The position numbers were made by a program, and so were the translations under genes. A stretch of 57,251 nucleotides of DNA, counting the filler, from Sphacelaria rigidula (lineage: Eukaryota), in NCBI GenBank assembly GCA_964200075.2. It is 8 parts of 8 records of this genome, joined end to end, with 100 filler letters (N's around TTAATTAATTAA, not from the genome) between each part and the next. Parts side by side here need not be neighbours in the genome. Positions count along the whole stretch, not along the records: positions 21,510 to 28,578 come from CAXNAA020016650.1; positions 28,679 to 35,747 come from CAXNAA020016651.1; positions 35,848 to 42,915 come from CAXNAA020016652.1; 5 more parts are not named here. One strand, 5' to 3'. How positions within the stretch are numbered: position 1 is the stretch's first letter; every line of letters begins with the position of its first letter. Positions 26,201 through 35,968 of this stretch are shown here, piece by piece. The notes under the pieces are model-generated. The model searched no databases and was not told where the DNA came from. It saw only the letters and a list, made by a program, of their open reading frames with translations.

Positions 26201-28047
26201 ATCGTGACGATCTCTGATCGCATCAGGTCAAAAATACTCGTCTCAGGTTCTAGCTCAGCGTCCAACAATAGTCGACGCCACTGCGCACGTAATACTCTTT
26301 GCTCACGAATAAGGGGATGTTGCTGCGCCGACCAAACTTCATCTTCATCTTCAACAAACTGTTGATCGTCCTCGCCACCTTCATCGTCGTCTCCGCTTTC
26401 GTCGCCATCTTCCTCGTCGTCCTCGTCGTCCTCGTCGTTTTCGTCGTCCTCGTCGTCCTCGTCGTTTTCGTCGTCCTCGTCGTCCCCCTCATCCTCTCCC
26501 TCTTCCTGCTCGCTCCCGTCCCGAGATTGACCCTCACTTCCCACATAACCATCCCCGATTTTCTCACCGGCAACCTTGTTTGGGTTGTCCTTACCCTCTA
26601 TGATCCCATTTGTCTTGTGTGCATCTAACCCAGGTCCGTCGACTCCCATTTCCAACCCCGCCGCTTCTACTTGGTTTGCAATATTATTCTCCTCCGATGG
26701 TTGTTGTTTCACGGGCTCGTCTACCGGGATCCACCGGCTGAGCTCCTCGATCTTGTCCAACACGACGTCCACAGACCCGTTCCAGTCCCCCCGGTCCAGA
26801 CTTTCTAGTTTTGCCTTCAGCTCTTCTATGTTGCTTGCCGCTGTCTCCTCGGTTTGCCCGTCTCTCTTTCCCCTATCGCCCATGTATTTGTCGTCGCCTC
26901 GTTCTTCCATCACTGGTGTTTCATCCGTTATTATCTCTGCGTGTTCATCATCGCTGACGGATTCCATCACTTCCTGGGGACTTGGTCCCTCCGCAGCTCT
27001 ATCCAACTCGGAGTCATGGCCCATATCACTGCCGTCGACGACGGATGAGGACGACGCACTGGCGGATCTTGTTTGCGACGACGCCACGGAATGCTCGTCA
27101 ACGTCATCCGTTTTCCCCATTTTTGTCAGCAGTGCTTCAGCAAGCGGCTTGTCGCTTGTTTCCCCCTGTTGAAGCACCATGCAATTACCTTGTACATTCG
27201 TCAGAGTTCGGCTCTCCTGACGGTCCTGTGTCCTTGCTGCCGCTTCTTCTGTCTCATCAGCTAGCACGGCATCGGTTGGCAGTTGATCATATTCCCCGGC
27301 TTTGGCGCCGAGAGCAACGACTTTGACTCGTTGGAGCAGCCCCGCGAATGAATCGTACAGATGAGGGGTGAAGAACAGCCCGCGTTCAGAGTTGGCGGAC
27401 AGGAATTCTTGCCGTTGCCGACGGCGTATCTGACAACATGATTAGAAGAGAGGGAAGTTTCTACAGAGGTTTTCCTGTTGTCATAGCGGGGCTTGCTCGT
27501 AAACTACAGTAACCGACCGCGCCGTCGCGCCGTGTACGGTGCTGCACGAATAGCTTGAAGCTGGCAACTGTGACATACTGCCTGAAACTAGAAAAAAGGA
27601 ACCTGTCGTACGCGTGACTCCGAGGGCCTCATCTTGTCGCGCTTTAAGTAAAAGTTCACTTTCTGTTTGAAATAGCTGAAGCATTACACATACCCTTGGC
27701 TTCGGTACCCTCTTGTTTCCGTTAAACGTGCTTCAAGAAAAAACAATCCCGCATCGCGAAGTTCAGCACAAGGACGATTTATCGGCGTGTCTTTCACCAT
27801 TCACGTATACCTCTTCTTCTCGCACAGGGGTGCGAACACCCCGGACAATCTCCCGCACAAGCTCCTCAACCTTCGCCGCGAGGACTCCTTTCTCCACCGA
27901 TGCCGCCAGACGCCTCCTTGCGTGTTCCCGTGTATCCGGTGTTAGCGCCAGACCCCGTAGGCCCACCTCCGCCGCCCCCTCTTCCATCTCCAGTTTTTTA
28001 ACCTCGACCGCACCTTGACCACCGTCACCACCAGCACAATCCTCGTC
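23249..28047 (-). CDS. Large protein with acidic N-terminal region and divergent phosphoglycerate-kinase-like domain, internal exons 28047-27811, 27429-26092, 25533-24429, 24105-23899, 23592-23249
   Basis: Five phase-compatible GT-AG exons (3231 nt, 1077 codons) with no stops. PGK-like segments appear in the correct order: TLSRSDIEGQRLLLHVDL, SAVAIVS, SALRATSLAVSTLLGMDVEF, VMMVEGL, VDVTVLDAPRTLYR, DLNAMAYLTEMPDRPLLAIVGG, LVDGLLDLVDTLAIGGAMSVTLLAAL, ARRLIVKARKRGVK. Confidence 0.85.
26400..26490 (-). repeat. In-frame acidic repeat (DDEDDEN)n, 27-bp period
   Basis: TCGTCGTCCTCGTCGTCCTCGTCGTTT repeated; encodes DDEDDENDEDDEDDENDEDDEDDEE. Confidence 0.9.
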
Positions 28048-28450
28048 CTAATTTAACCCCGAGGGGATGGGCAGGGAGAAAGAGAGATTGGAAGAGACAA
28101 GGTCCGCTTTGAAAAAAACGAAGTGATTCAGGTCACGACGCTTCGGCGTTGGTACTCTTGTCCTTGCCCCCTCACAAGCGTTGAGCTTCCGCAAACAGGC
28201 GGCTGTCAGCAAGCGTTGATTCGGGTGCTGATAAAGAAGGCAGCGCACGCTTCGAAGTCTTGGCAGCTAGAGAACGTTCACCGAGGTGTCCGGGGGTACT
28301 CTGTTATTTCAGGAACACCGGTGGAGGTATGCCACAATCTGGAGGCCCCTTTTACTTCGCTGCTGTTTTTGGTTTTAGGGGTCGCATTCAGGCAGTCGAT
28401 TGAAAAACGATTCTTCCCCGCCCCCTCCCGCGCGACAGATGTGAAATTGA

Positions 28451-28578
28451 GAAGCTAACCCTCCTTTTTTTTTAACCTACTATAACACAGCCCGGACATA
28501 GACATGGAATAGAGAAGCTAACCCTCCTTTTTCTTTAACCTACTATAACACAGCCCGGACATAGACATGGAATAGAGA
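28451..28578. repeat. 63-bp tandem duplication at contig end
   Basis: GAAGCTAACCCTCCTTTTT...CCCGGACATAGACATGGAATAGA starts at 28451 and again at 28514. Confidence 0.9.
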
Positions 28579-29029
28579 NNNNNNNNNNNNNNNNNNNNNN
28601 NNNNNNNNNNNNNNNNNNNNNNTTAATTAATTAANNNNNNNNNNNNNNNNNNNNNNNNNNNNNNNNNNNNNNNNNNNNTGTGCAAACACCATTTTTTTTC
28701 ACAAACGGCCCTTCCCCTCCCCCCCCCCCCCCCCCCCCCCAACACCCACGCACACGCACGAGCGTGCACATGTTTTATCGATGAAAAATTGGGTGCCGTC
28801 ATGCGGGCAGAGTAACGTTGTGTGAGCAGCTGGCCCTTGTATTGTTGACCTGCCAATAAGGGAACGAGCCGATACAATGGCCTGAGACTGAATCTTTCGG
28901 CAGTGAAGCACTTTGCTAGTAGACAGGATCGAACTTGAGAGTTTTTTGTAGCCCTGGATGACCATCGTAGACGTCGTTGCAGGTGGGATTAGGGTAGTAG
29001 GAAGAGGAGGAGCGGGCGCGAGCGAGCGA

Positions 29030-32000
29030 AAGGCCTGCGTGTAGAGAGAGTCGAGCTCGAAAATTTGTTTCACCCTGGGTGATGTACTATGTATGTCAAC
29101 TACGGTATACCTCGTGGCGGGCAAAACTCGGATAGGAGGGGCGGGCAGGGGGACGGAAGGGCCGACTTGTGGAGAAAGCCGAGCTCGTGATTTCCTTTCC
29201 GTTATATGCCTTGCGGCAGGCAGAGAGTAAGTACGAGAGGATAGAAGACCGGGGCGAAGGGATTGCTTGCGGAGAGCGGGATCAAAGCTGATGTTTGTTG
29301 TCACTCTGAGTGGTATATTCCGTATACCACCTATGGTATACCTCCATGACAGGCGGAGCTAGCGGATGCGGCGGGGAGCGGGGGACAGTAATTTCCTTGC
29401 GAGGAAAGTCGAGCTTGGGGAATGTTTTCGCCCTGGGTGATATACTGCATCTACCATCTATGGTGTGTCTCGTCAAAGGCGGAATTCGCATGGGGAGGGA
29501 CGGGGCGCAGGGTGGTGGAAGGGCTTGCTTGTGCAGATGGGGTCGAGATAGGAAATTTGTTTTTCCCTGGGTGGTACACTGCGCATATTATTCATGGTAC
29601 ACCTCGTGGCGGGGGGAATCAGCTTGTAGGTGCGGGGAGCAAGAGGATGAAGCTTTGCATGTGAAGGAAGTTGGGGTCGGAGAATGTTTGCGCCCTTGGT
29701 GTATACTTCAATACGTCTGTCAGGTATGGTATGCCTTGTGGCGGGCGTAATTTGTGCAGGAGCAGGGAAAGGAGACGGGGGGGGACTTGCTTGTGGAGAG
29801 AGGGTCGACGCGGGGAGTTCGTTTCGCCAGGGGTGGTGTAGAACATATACCATCTATGGGAAGCCTTGTTGCAGGCATAATTGCCGTGTAGGTGCGGGGA
29901 GCAGGAGGATGAGGCTTTGCAGGTCGAGCGAGGGAGCTGGGCTCGGAGAACGTTTACGCCTGGGTGATATTTTACAGTACGTCTGTCATGTATGGTGTAT
30001 TTCGTGGTGGGCGGAATATGCGTAGAAGCAGGGGAGGGGTGCGGGGGGAAAGGGCTTGCTTGTGAAGACGTGGTCGACTGAGGGAATTCGTTTCGCCCTG
30101 GGTAATATACAACATATGTCGCCTATGGTGAATCTTGTGGCAAGCGAAGTTGCTGTGGAAGTATTGGCAGCAGGGAGGGTGAGAGCTTGCTCAGGGAGAA
30201 ACCCGAGCTCGCAAACATTTGTTGCTCTGGAAATCTTGTCCCTATCGTGGACTTCGTGGCAGGCGAAATTTTCGGACAATGGGATGAAGGGTCTGATGGA
30301 GGGGGGTGATTCGTTGAGGACGTCAAACGTAGGGTTTGACGTGGCCCTGGTGGCATACACGTGGGAGTAGAGGCGACGGGGTAGGGGCTTGCTTGTGGAG
30401 AAGAACGAGCTTAACATGTGTTGTCGGTCTGGGTGGTATATGCGTGGGAGTGGCGGCGGGGATGGAGGAGACCTTGCCTGTGCAGGGAGTCGTGTTAGAG
30501 GTTTGTTGTCGACCTGAGTTGGACACTTCGTGTAAAACTTGTGAAATCCTCTGTGGCCGGGAGGTCGGGAAGGAAGACGCCGCTTGTGAAGGAATCCAGC
30601 TCGGGAGGCGTTGTTGCCCTAGGTGATCGTGTGGGCGCAAAGGGTGGAGAGCTTACTTTTCGAGGAAGCCGAGCTTGGGAATTGATGTTGCCCTGCGTGG
30701 TATACTGCGTATACCATATATTGCATGCCTCGTGACTGGCGAGATTTGCATCGGAGAAGGCCGGAGGGCCTAGGGGGGAGTGCTGACCTTTTGGGGAAGT
30801 CGAACTTGATATTTGTTAGCGCCCTGGTCGCGTACTCGTTGGAGTCAGGGCGGGGGTCGTACGAATTTGTTACTTGCCTCAGTCGTTGACCATTGACCAC
30901 GCATCCCTTTCGCGACGGAGAGTTAGGGCGGGGGGGGAGGAAGGGATTGCCTGTTTGGAAAGTCGACATGATGATTTCTCGTCGCCTCGATGATATATAG
31001 AGAGATAGAAGGGGGGCGGAAAACGAGGAGAATGTACTTGTAACAGAAGTCGAGAGTTGTATTTGCTTTTGGCCTGTGTGGCATACTCCGTGCATCACGT
31101 ACGGTATGCCCCTCGGCAGGCGGAACCCGCTCAGAAAGGAGCAGTGAGGAAGTTGAGGTTTGTTGTCGCCCTGGGTGGTGTACAAAAAAGACGGCAGGTG
31201 GGGAAGAAGGAGGACTGGCTGATGAAAAGGTCGAGGTTGTGATTGGTCGTCGCCCACGGTGGGATGCTGCCTGCAGTATGTGTTGAGGCAGGCGGAATTG
31301 ACGTACGCGGATGGAAAAGGGGAAGATGGGCATGGTTGCTGAGGAAGTCGAGGTTGGGATTTGTGGTGGCCCTGGGTGTGTATCTCGTATATCAGAGATT
31401 GTATGCGTGGTGATAGGCGAGAATTCCATCGAAGGGGGTCAACGGGTCGTGGTCGGCGAGGGCTGGCCGTTGGAGTCGGGGCAGGGAGGAGGAGGGCTGG
31501 CTCGTTGAGGAGGTCGAGCCAGAGGTTTCTCGTCGCCCCGGTGGTATACGCGTGGAGGTGAAGATGGGAGCGGGAAAGAGAGAGGTCTTGATTGTGGATA
31601 AGGAGTCGACGTTGAGCTTGATTGTGGCCTAGGTAATATACAGAGACAAGAGGGCGTGCTTGTAACGAAAGTCGAGCTTCGGGTTTGCTTTTGGCCTGTG
31701 TGGCATACTCCGTGTATCACGTACGGTATGCCCCTCGGCAGGCGGAACTCGCTCAGAAAGGAGCAGTAAGGTAGTGTACGCAAAAGAGGGTAGGTGGGAA
31801 AGAGGAAGGGCTGGTTGATGAAAAGGTCGGGGTTGCGATTGGTTGTCGCCCAAGGTGGAATGCTGCCTATGGTGTGTGTTGCGGCAGGCGGAAATGTACG
31901 CGGGTGGGGGAGGGGAGGAAGTTGAGCGTGAAATTTGTGGTGGCCCTGGGTGTGTACCTCGTATATCAGAGATTGTATGCGTGCAGGCAGGCGAGATTTG

Positions 32001-33450
32001 CATCGAAGGGGGTCAACGGGTCGTGGTCGGCGAGGGCTGACCATTAGAGTCGGGGCAGGAGGGAGGAGGGCTGGCTCGTTGAGGAGGTCTAGCCAGCGGT
32101 TTCTCGTCGCCTCGGTGATATACGCGTGGAGGTGGAGATGGGAGCGGCGTTGAGCTCAATTGTGCCCTAGGTAATACACAGAGACAGAAGGGTGTGCTTG
32201 TAACGGAGGTCGAGCGCTGGATTTGCTTTTGGCCTGTGTGGCATACTCCGTGTATCACGTACGGTATGCTCCTCGGCAGGCGGAACTCGCTCAGAAAGGG
32301 GCAGTGAGGAAATTGGGGTTTGTTGTCGCCCTGGGTAGGGTACGAAAGAGAGAGCAGGTGGGGAAGAGGGGGGACTGGCTGATGAAGAAGTGAAGGTTGC
32401 GATTGGTCGTCGCCCACGGTGGAATGCTGCCTGTGTTGTGTGTTGCGGCAGGCGGAAATGATGTAGCGCGGATGGATGGGCATGGTTGCTGAGGAAGTCG
32501 AGGTTGAGATTTGTGGTGGCCCTGGATGTGTAACTCGTATTTCAGAGATTGTATGCGTAGAGGCAGGCGAGGTTTGCGTCGGACAGGGTCTCAAAGGGTC
32601 GTGGTGGGTGAGGGCTGGCCGTTGGAGTCGTGGCAGGGGGGCAGAAGCTCGTTGAGGAGGTCGAGCCAGAGGTTCCTCGTCGCCTCGGTGGTATACTCGT
32701 GGAAGCGGGGGTGGAGGGATGGCGGAAGCGAGAGGACTTGATTGTGGATAAGGAGCCGACGTTGAGCTTTTTTGTGGACTGGATGGTACCCGCATGGAAG
32801 GGCGGGTGGAGAGACAGGGAGACGTGCTTGTAACGAAAGTCAAGTGTTCGATTTGTTTTTGGCTTGTATGGGGTACGCCGTGCATCACGTATGGTATGCC
32901 CCTCGGCAGGCGTAACCCACTCAGAACGGGGCGGTGAAGAAGAGACGTGCTCCTTGACGAAGTGAAGGTTGGGATTCGTTGCTGCCCTGGTTACTGTACG
33001 CAGGAGAGGGCAGGTGGGAAAGAAGAGGACGGGCTGATGGAGGAGTCGAGCTTGCGCTTGATCGTCGCCCTCGATGGGATATTGCGTGTATCGCCTATGT
33101 AATTCTTCATTTCGCGCCGAAGTTGCGCAGGTGAGGGACGGAGGGGGAGAGGTTCGCTCGTTGAGAAAGTCGACTCTGTTATTTATTTTGGTCCTGCGTG
33201 GCTTGCGCATAAGTGAGCAGACGGGGATATGGAAAGGCTTACTCTTTGAGAAGGCAGCCCTTGTTTGTTTTGCCGCCCTGGGTGTGGTACTGCGTATATT
33301 GCCTACGGTATTCCTCGTTTCAGCCTGAAGTTACGTGGGCGGGGGACAGAAGGGGAGAAGTTTGCTCTCACGGGAAGTCGACCTTAGGGTTTATTGTCGC
33401 CCGGGTGGTGTAATCCGTATACCACCTACTGTATGGTACACCTCGTGACC
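29030..33450. repeat. Complex degenerate tandem array with about 540-630 bp higher-order units
   Basis: A core GAAGTCGAG...TTTG..GCCCTGGGTG(G)TATAC recurs roughly every 60-140 bp. The higher-order marker TTTTGGCCTGTGTGGCATACTCCGTG sits at about 31071, 31693, 32231 and (diverged) 32861. Confidence 0.85.
30848..30920 (-). mobile_element. Extreme 3' end fragment of the LINE family inserted in the tandem array
   Basis: GTACGAATTTGTTACTTGCCTCAGTCGTTGACCATTGACCACGCATCCCTTTCGCGACGG, with G-runs on both sides. Confidence 0.7.
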
Positions 33451-35367
33451 GGCAAAATTGACGGGGACGGGCGGGGGGTGTGCTTTTGTCTGCTCTCTGA
33501 TGTGTGAAATTGCTTTGATTCGTCACGTCGCAGCGCAGCGCAGATGGAATCTTGACTGGAAAATGTGTGTTCGTATCCCGACCTTCCGTTTTGCGTACAA
33601 CCCTTGCCCTCCCGCGTCCCTGGGGGCCTCTTGTGTTCGTTCGGCGCCTTTCTGCTTCCCTCGACCCTTTTCGTAGTTTGGATGAAGGGTAAACGGCAGG
33701 GAAATACGAGACACGATTTTGACGTGGAGAAAAGTGCACGTTCAGAGGGTAGCATCGTATTTTCTCCCGTTTACTTTGTATACAAGTATTTGCAGGGTGT
33801 GTTGTCTCTATTTTTCGTGCGAATAGGAAAGGGCAAGGCTTCAAGTCTTCCCCCCATAAAAAGTAAGCTCTGCGTGATGGGTGAACCCTTGAGCGCGAGA
33901 TGCCCGATATCGACTCGGGATTTTGACTGCTACAAAAATGGTGTGATGGGCAGCTGCTTCGCCATCAAATCACATCGCCATGTTCCATAACGGTGTGGAG
34001 GACCACCGATTATACCAGTATTCAAATCCGGCCTACTCTGAGGAGTTCATCGGGCTGGGGCCCGTTGGCTTCACCTTGTACTCACCTGAAGTTGCCTCTT
34101 CTATCCACCCGTTTCTCATTAGAGGTGGGAATCGGCGAGCTTAGTCTCCTCCTTGACTTCTTACTGTCGAACGGCGGCTACGAGACGTGTCTTGCACTGT
34201 CGTCGGGGAAAGTTATTCGAGGGCTATGAAAGTCTCTGCATATCATCACCTCGTCGGCACTAGGTGCGTACGATGCTGGCCATCAAAATATTTCCCTGGC
34301 TCGTCAGGTCCCGCCGCGTTGTGGTTATAATAGCGTCCGTAAGGATGAAGTGTGTGAATTCCAGGGTAAAGGTGAAATAGAAAACCTACGTCCCTTCCGC
34401 ACCTACTGCGCCGAGCGTAGCATCAGGGGACTGAAGGGCTGGTTCAGTGAGCGCCGACGCGACGGCTATACATCTGCCTCTGGGATACCTTGGCCAATTC
34501 GGGTGTGAAATCGCCAAACATGATGTGTGGCAAAACTGACGATTTCGATATAATATTGAGTTTGTGAGCTGCAAAATAACCTAGCACCATTTCTGCCAGA
34601 ACCCGTCAACAGGTACGTACCATGGTCTGTAATTTGTCGATGAAACGTAGCTTCAAAATATTATGCCTGTGCCATGGGTCATGTACGCAGACAGGGCACG
34701 GCGGTGACCGGGGTGGAGGGCGTGGGGAATGAACCGTCAACGAGCTCAGCGGTGGGCACTTTAAAACCCATTGACCAACAGGGTGGGTCATCTGGGTGAA
34801 ACAATATGGTTGCAAGACTCCAGACCACGCTGGCAGTCAAATGGTCCGTTGACCTTTGAACCTTCGGGATGTATACCGCAAGAGCACTCGCCTGCTGAAA
34901 ACCTTGCAATTAGCCTACATGAGACTCAGGTGACTGCTCCCGACATCGAAGTGTTGACTCTTGGACCGCCAGGCAGGGTGGGTATTTATGTAGTCGCCAT
35001 AATTTTCAATAGATTGCTCTGCTTCGCAATCGCGCTTCCAATTTTCTGTTTTCCTTTTCCTTCTTAGGCGACTTGTTATACTTGCCATGTATCGAAATAA
35101 TATAACTTGTTGAAACGTGCTTTTTTTACCCTTCTCCGTCGAAGAGGGCTCAGCGGATGTTGACACCTCAGACCGTTCCAGAGCACCTTTGCGTTTTCCG
35201 TAGGTCACAGCGTAGTGGATGAGAGGACCGCGTACTTAGAGGACCTCATCGTAGCTCGAAAAAACAATCGGGCCAGTCCGTGCAGGTACCACGACCCTGA
35301 CCCCAACACTAACCCTAACCCCAACCATACGGGCTGGTTCACGGGAAAAACAAAAATACACTCATCG

Positions 35368-35642
35368 GCAAAACTTCACGCCGTTTTGAGGAGTTCTACC
35401 CTGAAATCGTGCACAGGTGTTCTATGGGTCATTACGCAACTTTGCAAGGACGAGTTTTTTTTACTTTTCTACTTTTTCCACCGTTTCTCCGGGGTCCTAG
35501 TTTTGTCGGGAAAACTTCGATCCAGTCGGACCCCCATAAAACGGTTAAAAAAAAACGTCCTTGCAAAGGTTGCGTAATAACCCACAGAACATCTGTGCAA
35601 CATTTCAGGGTCTAACTTCTTAAAACGGCATGAAGCTTTTCG
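35368..35642. mobile_element. Foldback/MITE-like inverted repeat
   Basis: AAAACTTCACGCCGTTTTGAGGAGTT...TTACGCAACTTTGCAAGGACG pairs with CGTCCTTGCAAAGGTTGCGTAA...AACTTCTTAAAACGGCATGAAGCTTT. Confidence 0.7.
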
Positions 35643-35968
35643 CGTTTGTGCGATGAACCTTGCCGTGCCACGGTGAAACGGCAGTTTACTAACAGTGGAT
35701 CCTTGAAAATGAGGTTGATACAAAATATGGGGTTGAAGTGGCATTTCNNNNNNNNNNNNNNNNNNNNNNNNNNNNNNNNNNNNNNNNNNNNTTAATTAAT
35801 TAANNNNNNNNNNNNNNNNNNNNNNNNNNNNNNNNNNNNNNNNNNNNCGGCTTTGTAGGGATGCGAGGTCAATGGTCTTATGACTATGGCATGCATGATC
35901 ATGAGTACACCCCCCCCCGGCGCCTCGCCCATGCCTCTCTCGTGCTGTGATCGCTCAACACGGTGCAG

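Noticed and set aside
31218-31240. Hammerhead ribozyme core (CTGATGA) in the array units
   Set aside because: No stem II followed by GAAA and no flanking stems could be formed.
30619-33210. Long minus-strand ORFs of 200-290 aa
   Set aside because: They arise from the C-rich strand of the tandem array. Homologous units switch frames, and there is no recognisable domain.
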